From the NCBI GenBank assembly GCA_965228975.1, contig OZ245851.1, positions 53,940-117,939 of the forward strand: 64,000 bases of DNA, given 5' to 3'. Positions within the stretch are counted from its first letter, which is position 1, and each line of letters opens with the position of its first letter. The position numbers and the translations under genes were made by a program. Of this stretch, positions 8,460 through 17,445 are shown piece after piece. Below the pieces are notes generated by a model that saw only the letters and a list, made by a program, of their open reading frames with translations, was not told where the DNA came from and made no database searches. This DNA comes from Alphaproteobacteria bacterium (GTDB lineage Bacteria > Pseudomonadota > Alphaproteobacteria > UBA8366).

Positions 8460-9326
8460 TCAGACCTCGAAACGATAGACCTTGCCGTCGCGGCGGATAT
8501 GCCCGGCGGTCGGCGTGGCGAAATGGGTACCGATGACCAGCACCGGCGTGTCCGCATACCGGTCGAGCAGTTTCTCCCGAGTCGCGCGCGCGGCGTTCGA
8601 ATCCACGTCGGCGCTGCTGACCCAGTCCGGCCGCGCCATCTGGCAGGGGTGATGCATCACGTCGCCGGTGATCAGCGCTTCCTCGCCCTTCGACGCGATG
8701 CGGACGCTGACATGCCCCGGTGTGTGACCGGGCGTCGGTTCCAGCCGAACCTCGTCGCAAATCACCTCGTCCGACGCGACGAAGTCGACAAGGCCCGCAT
8801 CGAACACCGGTTTGACCGAGTCCGAAAAGCAATCGTCTCCGCGTCCGTTGGGGCCGCTGTGGGCATGCCAGTGGTCCCATTCGGCCCGCCCGATCAAATA
8901 GCGCGCGTTCGGGAAGGTGGGCACCCATTTGCCGTCGACCAGCATGGTGTTCCAGCCCACGTGATCCACGTGCAGATGGGTGCACAGGACCGTATCGATC
9001 GACTCGCGCGGATAGCCCGCTTCGGCGATGTCGTCGAGGAATGGGCCGGTGCGCATGTGCCAGCCGGGAATGGCCCGCTGCTTGTCGTTGCCAAGGCACG
9101 TGTCGATCATGATCCGCCGGGTGCCCGTATCGACGATCAGCGCGTGGATGCTCATGATCAGCCGCCCGTCCGGGTCCATGAAATGCGGCTTCAGCCAGTC
9201 GATGTCCACCACGTTCTCCCGCGTTGCGTCGGGCAGGATGAACTTGGTGCCGCCGGTCACCTGAATCTCGATGACCCGGGTCACTTTGACGTCGCCGATC
9301 CGCCACGGCTCCATGATACGTTCCAT
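8460..9326 (-). CDS. MBL-fold metallo-hydrolase
   Basis: HxHxDH motif (CTHLHVDHVGW). I start it at ATG 9326 (MERIMEPWRIGD), which has an upstream GGA-type RBS. This avoids overlap with the upstream gene; the track start at 9425 is rejected. Confidence 0.85.
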   Translation of the reverse strand: MERIMEPWRIGDVKVTRVIEIQVTGGTKFILPDATRENVVDIDWLKPHFMDPDGRLIMSIHALIVDTGTRRIMIDTCLGNDKQRAIPGWHMRTGPFLDDIAEAGYPRESIDTVLCTHLHVDHVGWNTMLVDGKWVPTFPNARYLIGRAEWDHWHAHSGPNGRGDDCFSDSVKPVFDAGLVDFVASDEVICDEVRLEPTPGHTPGHVSVRIASKGEEALITGDVMHHPCQMARPDWVSSADVDSNAARATREKLLDRYADTPVLVIGTHFATPTAGHIRRDGKVYRFEV

Positions 9327-9349
9327 TTTCGGTCGTCCTTTTCTGTGGC

Positions 9350-10897
9350 TCAGGCGCGATACGGGAAAGAAGTCGGGCCGAGCAGGCCGGGTAGCAGCGG
9401 CTGTGTCCATTCGATCCAGCGGCACAGCATCGGACGGGTTTCGCGCGGGTCGATTAGGTCGTGCATCGAGAAGGACTCGGCGCGCGCGGCGGGTGACTGC
9501 TTACGGGCGAGCATTTCCTCCAGTTCCTGCCGCCGGGCCTCCGGGTCGGGGGCGGCGGCGATCTCGCGTCCGTAGGCGACCGCGACGCCGCCTTCGACCG
9601 GCAAGGCGCCCATTTCCGCCGACGGCCAGGCCAGGACATAGGCGTCGGGGCCGTAATGCGCCGCCTGCGCCACGCCGAATGATTTCCGCACCACCACCGA
9701 GGCCCAGGGCACCGAACAGTCGGCAACCGCAAGCACGGCGGCGGTGCCGTAACGGATCGTGCCTGCGCGTTCGGATTCGCTGCCGATCATGAAGCCCGGT
9801 TCGTCGACGAAGCTGACGATCGGCAAATGGAAGGTTTCGCAAATCTCGACGAAACGGCGCACCTTCATCGCGCCGTTCGCGCTCATCGCACCGGCGTAGT
9901 ACCGGCAGTCGTTGCCGATGACGCCGACGGGTTGGCCGTTCAGCCGGGCGAAGCCGGTGATCTGGCCGCGTCCGAAGGCGCGCGTCATCTCGAAGAAGCT
10001 GTCCCGGTCCACGATATGGGCAATGGTCTTGCGCATGTCGAAGACCTTGCGCCGGTCGCGCGGCACGATCCCGGCCAGTTCCTCGTCCTTTCGGTTCGGA
10101 TCGTCGTCCGGGGCGGCGACGGGCGGCAGTTCCCAGACGTTGGATGGCAGGTAGCTCAGAAAACGGCGGATTTGATCGAAGGCGTCCGCGTCGTCCTTGG
10201 CGACGTTGTCGGCCACGCTGTTGCGGCCATGGACCTGTGCGCCGCCCAGTTCCTCCTTGGTGACCTTCTCCCGCAGGGCGCGTTCGACAACCGCCGGTCC
10301 GGCGATGAGGATCTGTGCCGTTTCCTTGGTCATGACGGAAAAATGCGCCGCGACGAAACGCGAGGCGGGCAGCCCCGCGACCGGGCCGAGCGCGGCGGTC
10401 ACGACTGGCACGCTGGCCAGTGCGCGCGCCACGGAGCGAAACCGCGGCGGGGAATAGGGCGGCGTGCCGACCGTCTTGGACCCGGTCCCGGCGACGCTGC
10501 CGCCGCCGCCTTCGTGTAACCGGATCAGCGGCACCTTGTACTGACAGGCCAGTTCTTCGGCGTAGATGCTCTTGCGCAGACCGGCCTCGTTGGGCGATCC
10601 GCCACGCAAGGTGAAGTCCTCGCCGCCGATGATACAGCGGCGGCCATCGACCATGCCGAAGCCGAGCACGAAGTTCGCGGGAGAGAAGGAGTCGAGCGAG
10701 CCGTCGTCGTTCCTCTCGGCGGCCCCGGACGCGCCGCCCAGTTCGTCGAAACTGTCAGTGTCCAGCAGTCCATCGATCCGCTCGCGAACCGTCTGGCGGC
10801 CTTGCGCATGCTGCCGGGCCACGCCTTCCTCGCCGCCCAACTCCTTGGCGAGCGACCGCTTACGCTCGATGTCCTCGATTTCCTTGTCCCAACTCAT
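9350..10897 (-). CDS. acyl-CoA carboxylase carboxyltransferase (beta) subunit
   Basis: Carboxyl-transferase family pattern throughout (GGEDFTLRGGS..., GQPVGVIGNDCRYYAGA...). Start taken at ATG 10897 (MSWDKEIEDIE). Confidence 0.85.
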   Translation of the reverse strand: MSWDKEIEDIERKRSLAKELGGEEGVARQHAQGRQTVRERIDGLLDTDSFDELGGASGAAERNDDGSLDSFSPANFVLGFGMVDGRRCIIGGEDFTLRGGSPNEAGLRKSIYAEELACQYKVPLIRLHEGGGGSVAGTGSKTVGTPPYSPPRFRSVARALASVPVVTAALGPVAGLPASRFVAAHFSVMTKETAQILIAGPAVVERALREKVTKEELGGAQVHGRNSVADNVAKDDADAFDQIRRFLSYLPSNVWELPPVAAPDDDPNRKDEELAGIVPRDRRKVFDMRKTIAHIVDRDSFFEMTRAFGRGQITGFARLNGQPVGVIGNDCRYYAGAMSANGAMKVRRFVEICETFHLPIVSFVDEPGFMIGSESERAGTIRYGTAAVLAVADCSVPWASVVVRKSFGVAQAAHYGPDAYVLAWPSAEMGALPVEGGVAVAYGREIAAAPDPEARRQELEEMLARKQSPAARAESFSMHDLIDPRETRPMLCRWIEWTQPLLPGLLGPTSFPYRA

Positions 10898-11175
10898 ACG
10901 CGCTTCCTTAAGTCGAAAAATGACGCTTCCAAATGGCAATCCGGATTCTGCGCCCTAGTTATTTTGATCAGGGGATGAGTATCACGGTCGCGGCGACTTT
11001 CCGAATGTCCGGATTTTAGGCTGTTCGTTTGATCGATTACACGGACGAACCGGCGTGAGCGCAAGTTTGTCAGTAATCGACGCGATTGCCGAAGCGGCGC
11101 TTTGTGGCTGTCGCCACTGCTGTTATAGAGTCCCCCAATTGCCTTGCGGACGATCGACGAGGGAGAGTACCGACA

Positions 11176-12033
11176 ATGTTTAAACGATTTTTTGCTGCGC
11201 TGATCCTGGTGTTCGGGTTTGGGTCGGCGGTTGCGGCGGAGACGTTCGTCTTTACCGCCATACCCGATCAGGACGAGAGTCGCTTGAAAGAGCGTTTCGG
11301 AAAAATCGCGGACTATCTGTCCAAGGAATTGAACACGACCGTGAAATACGTGCCGGTGAAGAGCTATGCCGCCGCGGTTACGGCCTTCAAGAACAACCAG
11401 GTTCAGCTCGCGTGGTTCGGCGGCCTGTCGGGCGTGCGCGCAAGGGCTTCGGTGCCGGGGTCGGTGGCGATCGCGCAAGGATACGAGGACCAATTCTTCG
11501 AGACCTATTTCATCGCGAACGAGAAGGCCGGATTGGCGCTGTCCAAGGAATTCCCGAAAGAGATCGCTGGCAAGACCTTCACCTTCGGGTCCAAGGGGTC
11601 CACGTCGGGCCGCCTGATGCCCGAGTTCCATATCCGCCGGAACTTCGGCAAGGCACCCGAAAAGGTGTTCGAACGGGTGGGTTTCAGCGGCGATCACTCC
11701 CGGACGATCGCATTGGTGCAGTCCGGCGCGTATCAGGTCGGCGCGGTGAACTACAAGGTCTGGAAGAAGGAACTGGACGCCGGCAAGATCGATCCCAAGA
11801 AGGTCTCGATCATCTGGCGGACGCCGCCTTACCCCGACTATCAGTGGAGCATCCGCGGCGACGTGGATAAGAAATTCGGCGCGGGCTTCCAGAAGAAGGT
11901 GACGGGGGCTTTGCTGGGGATGAAGGATCCAGCGCTGCTCGAGTCCTTTCCGCGCAGCAAGTTCATTCCGGCGACCAACGACGACTACAAGATGATCGTG
12001 GATACCGGAAAGGAAATCGGTCTTATCGACTGA
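11176..12033 (+). CDS. PhnD-type ABC substrate-binding protein; putative selenium oxyanion (selenate/selenite) binding protein by selD linkage
   Basis: Signal peptide MFKRFFAALILVFGFGSAVAA. PhnD-like pattern (TFVFTAIPDQDESRL..., AWFGGLSG). GGGAGAG RBS before ATG 11176. It is the first gene of an operon that ends in the SelD fusion. Confidence 0.8.
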   Translation: MFKRFFAALILVFGFGSAVAAETFVFTAIPDQDESRLKERFGKIADYLSKELNTTVKYVPVKSYAAAVTAFKNNQVQLAWFGGLSGVRARASVPGSVAIAQGYEDQFFETYFIANEKAGLALSKEFPKEIAGKTFTFGSKGSTSGRLMPEFHIRRNFGKAPEKVFERVGFSGDHSRTIALVQSGAYQVGAVNYKVWKKELDAGKIDPKKVSIIWRTPPYPDYQWSIRGDVDKKFGAGFQKKVTGALLGMKDPALLESFPRSKFIPATNDDYKMIVDTGKEIGLID

Positions 12034-12689
12034 TGGCGCTTGTCGACCTCTCTCTCGCGACCGCGGGCTACAACGGCGCGAACGTCCTGCACGACGTGTC
12101 GTTGTCGATCGAGCGGGGCGAGAAGGTCGCATTGGTCGGCCGGAGCGGGGCGGGCAAGTCCACCCTGCTTCGGCTGATATACGAGCGTATCGATGGCGAG
12201 GCCGCGATGGTTCCGCAGGAACTCGGCCTCGTCCGCGCGCTCACCGTGTTCCACAACATCTACATGGGTCAGCTCAATCGCCACAGCACCTGGCGCAATG
12301 TGGTGAACTTGGTGCGGCCCATGCAGCAGGAAGTCGAGAATATCGGCGGCATCGTGAAGACGCTTGGCCTGGAGGACGAGTTGTTCTCCGCCGTCGGTGC
12401 GTTGTCCGGCGGCCAGCAGCAGCGGACGGCCGTGGGCCGGGCCTTGTATCAGCGGACCGACATTCTGCTCGGCGACGAACCGGTATCGGCGGTGGACGAG
12501 CATCAGTCCCGGGCGATCCTGGAAAGCATCGCCGACGCGAAGCCCACGGTGATCCTGGCGATGCATGATATCGATCTCGCGCTCGCCTATTCCGATCGGG
12601 TTATCGGGTTGGACGCCGGTCGCATCGTCATGGACGAGTCGACCGACGGTATGAAAGCCACCGACCTCGACTTCCTCTATCGAGGCTGA
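12033..12689 (+). CDS. ABC transporter ATP-binding protein (PhnC-like)
   Basis: Walker A GRSGAGKST, signature LSGGQQQR, Walker B ILLGDEP. TGATG overlap with the SBP gene. Confidence 0.9.
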   Translation: MALVDLSLATAGYNGANVLHDVSLSIERGEKVALVGRSGAGKSTLLRLIYERIDGEAAMVPQELGLVRALTVFHNIYMGQLNRHSTWRNVVNLVRPMQQEVENIGGIVKTLGLEDELFSAVGALSGGQQQRTAVGRALYQRTDILLGDEPVSAVDEHQSRAILESIADAKPTVILAMHDIDLALAYSDRVIGLDAGRIVMDESTDGMKATDLDFLYRG

Positions 12690-12694
12690 TCGGC

Positions 12695-14191
12695 ATGCAG
12701 GCGGTTTGGCGCTATTCTCCGGCGGTTCGGACCAGTCTGACTTTCGTCGGCATCGCTTTCCTGTGTTTGGTTTTCGCCGATATCTCGATCTCGACGGTAA
12801 ACCCGTGGACCGAGATGGGGCGTTTGCTGTTCGGCATCGTGACCCCGGATTTCCTGGCCACCGAAAGCCTGGTCAACGCCCTCGTGCAGACGATCGCCTT
12901 CGCAATCCTGGGCGTCGTCGTCGGGAATATCGCCGGGTTTTTCCTCGCGCTGATTTTTCACTATCGCGCCGTGCGCGTCGGTTGCGCATTCGTGCGCGCG
13001 ATCCATGAGCTGTTTTGGGCGCTGATCTTTCTGCAGGTTTTCGGCCTATCGCCGATCACCGGCATACTGGCCATCGGCATCCCCTATGCAGGGATCATCG
13101 CGAAGGTCTACGCCGAGATCATGGAAGAGGCCGACACCACGCCGCTCAAATCGGTGCCGCCGAACACGACCGCTACATCCGTTTTCATCTTTGTGCGCTT
13201 GCCGGACGTATGGGCGCATTTCAAGACCTACTCGCTCTACCGTCTCGAGTGCGGATTGCGGTCGAGCGCGGTGCTCGGCTTCGTCGGCCTGCCGACGTTG
13301 GGCTATTACCTCGAAACGGCGTTCCGCCAAGGGCATTATTCGGAAGTTTCCGCCCTGTTGATCATGTTCTACATCGTGATCGCGACCATGCGGGTATGGA
13401 TGCGCCGTAACTTGCTGCCGCTATACATCCTGGCCGCAATCCTGCTGCTGCCTTGGGGCGGCAACGAAATCTACGCCGACAACATCGTCCGGTTCTTCAC
13501 CCAGGACATCGTCCCGCAGCCGCTGCGCGACGGCGTGTTCGCCACGGGTGCGCTAACCGGGTTCGGCGAGTGGCTGTCGACGCTGTTCTTCGATCAGGCG
13601 CTGCCCGGCGCGATCGATACGCTGCAATTGACGATGATCGCACTGGTTGCGACCGGTGTCTTGTCGCTGATCTTTTTCCCGTTGTTGTCGCCGCTGTTCT
13701 TCGGCCGCGGCGGCCGGTTGGGCGGGCATGTGTTCCTGGTCGTCGTCCGGTCCACGCCGGAATACATTCTGGCGTATGTCTGCCTGCAGCTTTGGGGGCC
13801 GTCGATGCTGCCCGCGATCATCGCCTTGTCGCTGCATAACGGCGCGATCATTGCGCATCTGATCGGCCGCTATACGGAACACATGAAAGTTCGGGTCGAC
13901 GCGCCGCGCGGGCTCAATCTCTATTTCTACGAATCGGTGCCGCGCGTCTACGGGCAGCTCTTGGCGTTCCTGTTCTATCGCTGGGAAGTGATTTTACGTG
14001 AGACCGCAATTCTAGGCATGCTGGGTATCGCGACGCTCGGCTTCTATGTGGACAGCGCCTTTGCGGATATCCGGCTGGACCGCGCGTTGGTGCTGATATT
14101 GTTCACGGCCGGCCTGAATATTTGCGTCGATGCGTTGTCGCGGCACATCCGCGCGCGGCTGCGTCTCAAGACGACCATCGAACATGGGTGA
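12695..14191 (+). CDS. ABC transporter permease (PhnE-like, duplicated/fused)
   Basis: 498 aa, hydrophobic throughout, with two PhnE-like halves. Starts 5 nt after the ATPase gene. Confidence 0.85.
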   Translation: MQAVWRYSPAVRTSLTFVGIAFLCLVFADISISTVNPWTEMGRLLFGIVTPDFLATESLVNALVQTIAFAILGVVVGNIAGFFLALIFHYRAVRVGCAFVRAIHELFWALIFLQVFGLSPITGILAIGIPYAGIIAKVYAEIMEEADTTPLKSVPPNTTATSVFIFVRLPDVWAHFKTYSLYRLECGLRSSAVLGFVGLPTLGYYLETAFRQGHYSEVSALLIMFYIVIATMRVWMRRNLLPLYILAAILLLPWGGNEIYADNIVRFFTQDIVPQPLRDGVFATGALTGFGEWLSTLFFDQALPGAIDTLQLTMIALVATGVLSLIFFPLLSPLFFGRGGRLGGHVFLVVVRSTPEYILAYVCLQLWGPSMLPAIIALSLHNGAIIAHLIGRYTEHMKVRVDAPRGLNLYFYESVPRVYGQLLAFLFYRWEVILRETAILGMLGIATLGFYVDSAFADIRLDRALVLILFTAGLNICVDALSRHIRARLRLKTTIEHG

Positions 14192-14196
14192 TCCTC

Positions 14197-16461
14197 GTGC
14201 AATCGACCACACCGATCCTTAAAGACCTCGTTCTCGTCGGCGGCGGCCACAGTCATGTCGGCGTGCTCCGGTCCTTCGGCATGAAGCCGATACCGGGCGT
14301 GCGCCTGACGGTCCTTTGCCGCGACGTGGACACGCCCTATTCGGGGATGTTACCGGGGCTGGTGGCGGGGCATTACACTTTCGAGGAAACCCATATCGAT
14401 CTCGGTCCGCTGGCCCGCTTCGCCAATGCGCGTTTCTACAACGACGACGTGATCGGGATCGACCCGCGTCAGCGGTTGGTGTTGTGCAAGAACCGCCCGC
14501 CGGTGTCCTACGACTTGCTGTCCATCAACATCGGGTCCGCCCCGGCGACCTGGGAAACGCCGGGCGCCGAGGGCAATGTGGTGCCGGTCAAGCCGATCAA
14601 CCGGTTCGTCGCGCATTGGGAACGCCTGCGTGAACGCATCCTGCTGCGCGAGGACCCGGTGCGGATCGGCATCGTCGGCGGCGGCGCGGGCGGGGTGGAA
14701 TTGCTGCTCGCCATCCAATACCGGCTGAAGACCCTGTTGGCCGGCCAAGGGCGGACCGACGCGCATCTGGATTATCATCTGATCAGCGAAGAGTCGGATA
14801 TCCTGACCACGCATAACCCGCTGGTCCGGTCCAAGTTCCGGCGTATCTTCAATGAGCGCGGCATCAACTTTCACGCGGATACGCGCGTCGCGTCGGTCGC
14901 GCCCGGCAAGGTAATAGCCGCCGACGGCGAGAGCATCGCGTTGGATGAAATCCTCTGGGTGACCCGGGCCGGCGCCGCATCGTGGATCAAGGAGTCCGGA
15001 TTGGCGGTCGACGAGCACGGCTTCATGCAAGTCGGCGACACCCTGCAGTCGACGTCGCACCCCGAAATCTTCGGCGCGGGCGATATCGCGGCGATGGTCA
15101 ATCATCCGCGCCCGAAGGCGGGCGTCTTTGCCGTGCGTCAGGGCCCGCCGTTGACGCGAAACCTGCGGCGCATGCTGGTCGGCAAGTCCGCGCGACCGTT
15201 CAGGCCGCAGCGCGAGTTCCTCAGCCTGATCAGCACGGGGGACAAATATGCGGTTGCCTCGCGTTCCAAATGGTCGGTAGAGGGCAAGCTGGTCTGGCGT
15301 TGGAAGGACTGGATCGACCGGCGTTTCATGCGCAAGTTCAGCGAGCTCCCGGAAATGGACACGGAGGAGAAGTCCGATCTGCCGCGTGGTCTGGCGGGCG
15401 AGGAGGTGATCAAGGAAATCTCCGCGGTCGCCATGCGCTGCGGCGGCTGTGGCGCCAAAGTCGGTGCGACGGTGTTGCAGCGGGCCTTGTCGCAGTTGGA
15501 GCCGGTGACGCGCGATGACGTTTTGATCGGATTACACGAACCGGACGATGCTGCGGTGGTCGAAGTGCCGCCGGGCAAGGTGATGGTGCATACGGTCGAT
15601 TCGTTCCGCGCCATTGTCGACGACCCGTATCTTTTCGGCCGCATCGCCGCCAATCACAGCCTCGGCGATATCTACGCGATGGGCGCCGATCCGCAGACCG
15701 CGCTGGCAATCGCCACAGTGCCCTACGGGCTGGAGGAGAAGGTCGAGGACGTATTGTCCCAAATGCTGACCGGCGCAATGGAGGTCTTGCGGGAATCGAA
15801 CACGTCGCTGGTCGGTGGCCACACCAGCGAAGGCGCGGAGCTATCGCTTGGTTTTTCCGTTAACGGCCTGATCGACCGCGAGAAGGTGTTGCGCAAGGGC
15901 GGCATGCAGCCGGGCGACCGGCTGGTGCTGACGAAGGCGATCGGAACCGGCACATTGTTCGCTGCCGACATGCGCCTGAAAGCGAAAGGGCAGTGGATCA
16001 AGGACGCCCTCGCCTCGATGGTGCTGTCGAACTACAAGGGCGCGCAATGCCTGTCCGACCACGGCGCGAATGCGTGCACCGACGTCACCGGCTTCGGGTT
16101 GTTGGGACATTTGGTAGAGATGACCAAACCGTCGGGCGTCGACGTGGAATTGGACCTCGGCGCCATCCCGTATCTCGATGGCGCGCAGGAAACAGTGGCG
16201 GCCGGCATTACCAGCACCTTGCAGCCGCAGAACCTGCGGCTCCGACGTGCCATATCCAATATTGCCGCGGTCGGCGAGGATCCGCGCTTTCCGTTGATCT
16301 TCGATCCGCAGACCGCCGGCGGTTTGCTGGCCAGCGTGCCGCAGGAGCGGGCCGAGGATTGCGTCGGCGCATTGCGTGATTTGGGATATGACCGGACGGC
16401 GATCATCGGCACCGTATTGCCCGAGGGGAACCAACTCGAACCGATTACGGTGCGTGCGTAA
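14197..16461 (+). CDS. senC: bifunctional FAD/NAD(P)-binding pyridine-nucleotide-disulfide oxidoreductase-like domain fused to selenide, water dikinase (SelD; SenC-like)
   Basis: The N-terminal part has two Rossmann motifs (LVLVGGGHSHVG; IGIVGGGAGGVE). From about 15400 it is SelD: AMRCGGCGAKVG (Cys-type active site), DDPYLFGRIAANHSLGDIYAMGA, DVTGFGLLGHL, FDPQTAGGLL. Start is GTG 14197 or 14188, directly after the permease stop; the upstream part of the track ORF overlaps the permease and is rejected. Confidence 0.85.
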   Translation: MQSTTPILKDLVLVGGGHSHVGVLRSFGMKPIPGVRLTVLCRDVDTPYSGMLPGLVAGHYTFEETHIDLGPLARFANARFYNDDVIGIDPRQRLVLCKNRPPVSYDLLSINIGSAPATWETPGAEGNVVPVKPINRFVAHWERLRERILLREDPVRIGIVGGGAGGVELLLAIQYRLKTLLAGQGRTDAHLDYHLISEESDILTTHNPLVRSKFRRIFNERGINFHADTRVASVAPGKVIAADGESIALDEILWVTRAGAASWIKESGLAVDEHGFMQVGDTLQSTSHPEIFGAGDIAAMVNHPRPKAGVFAVRQGPPLTRNLRRMLVGKSARPFRPQREFLSLISTGDKYAVASRSKWSVEGKLVWRWKDWIDRRFMRKFSELPEMDTEEKSDLPRGLAGEEVIKEISAVAMRCGGCGAKVGATVLQRALSQLEPVTRDDVLIGLHEPDDAAVVEVPPGKVMVHTVDSFRAIVDDPYLFGRIAANHSLGDIYAMGADPQTALAIATVPYGLEEKVEDVLSQMLTGAMEVLRESNTSLVGGHTSEGAELSLGFSVNGLIDREKVLRKGGMQPGDRLVLTKAIGTGTLFAADMRLKAKGQWIKDALASMVLSNYKGAQCLSDHGANACTDVTGFGLLGHLVEMTKPSGVDVELDLGAIPYLDGAQETVAAGITSTLQPQNLRLRRAISNIAAVGEDPRFPLIFDPQTAGGLLASVPQERAEDCVGALRDLGYDRTAIIGTVLPEGNQLEPITVRA

Positions 16462-16465
16462 TGTT

Positions 16466-17431
16466 CTATGTGAGCGCGGCGAGGAGCGACCGCCATGCGG
16501 CTTCTTCGTGCTGCGGCTTGAACAGGTGGGCGCGTTCGCGGCATTGGCGCGTCAACGTCTTTAGATAATCGCGGTCGTGCTCGATCCGGTCCAGGCAGGC
16601 CGCAAGCGCAGCCGTGTCGCCGACCGGGAAGTAACCGGCATAATCTTCGCCCAACAGTCCGATCGATCCCGATATGTCCGACGCGATCACCGGGACGTCG
16701 GCGGCAACCGCTTCCGAAACCACATTTGCGCCGCCTTCCATGATCGAACTCAGCACCATCGCGTGGGACGAATCGAAAAGCCGACGCACCTGCCATCCCG
16801 GCGCCTCGCCGCGCCAGTCGTATCTTGGGTTGGTGCTCATCTCACGGCGCGCGCGCTCGGCCCAGCTTTCGTCATGGGCTTTGCCCAGATGCACGATGCG
16901 GATACGGGAATCGTCCGGCAGCAACCGCGCGGCTTCGGCGGCGCGTAGGGGGTCCTTCTCCTCGCGCAGGTGGCCGATGACACAGATGTCCACAGTGCGC
17001 CGCGACGGGCGGCGCGTCCGGTTGAGCGGCAAGGCGGATTGGTGGATGACATGCAATTTGCCATGGAACCGGTCCGGGATGTCCCGATGCACCAATCCGT
17101 GCAGACACACCAGCGCGTCGGCGATGTCCATCGAGTGATAGGTCTCGTCCGGATGGCTCTGCTGGAACTTGTTGATATCGGTTCCCGCCAGCAAGACGAT
17201 CAACGGGCGGTCCGGATACCGTTCGCGGAAGCGGAGGATCGACTTCGCGCTGCGCCAGGCATGCACGGCGATCATCGCGTCGACCGGCTCGTTCTCATAC
17301 TCCGTCGCGATGATGGCCTCATGACCGAGGCGGCGCAGGATGTCCTGCCATCGCACCGCCGTCGTTCGGTTGCCGTTGCGCGATTGTTTGCCTGCGGGCG
17401 TGATAAGGCTAATCTTCAAGCCGTTTCGCAT
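16466..17431 (-). CDS. senB: SenB-like selenosugar synthase (selD-associated glycosyltransferase family)
   Basis: Starts MRNGLKISLITPAGKQSRNGNRTTAVRWQDILRRLGH and contains ...EGGANVVSEAVAADVPVIAS, matching my memory of the selD-linked GT family later named SenB. Start taken at ATG 17431. Confidence 0.7.
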   Translation of the reverse strand: MRNGLKISLITPAGKQSRNGNRTTAVRWQDILRRLGHEAIIATEYENEPVDAMIAVHAWRSAKSILRFRERYPDRPLIVLLAGTDINKFQQSHPDETYHSMDIADALVCLHGLVHRDIPDRFHGKLHVIHQSALPLNRTRRPSRRTVDICVIGHLREEKDPLRAAEAARLLPDDSRIRIVHLGKAHDESWAERARREMSTNPRYDWRGEAPGWQVRRLFDSSHAMVLSSIMEGGANVVSEAVAADVPVIASDISGSIGLLGEDYAGYFPVGDTAALAACLDRIEHDRDYLKTLTRQCRERAHLFKPQHEEAAWRSLLAALT

Positions 17432-17445
17432 TAGATGGTTTGCCC

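Noticed and set aside
8341-9575. ORFs 8341-9306 (-, 321 aa) and 8448-9575 (+, 375 aa) overlapping the MBL hydrolase gene.
   Set aside because: These are alternative-frame and antisense shadows. Only the 8460-9326 frame carries the HxHxDH metallo-hydrolase motif.
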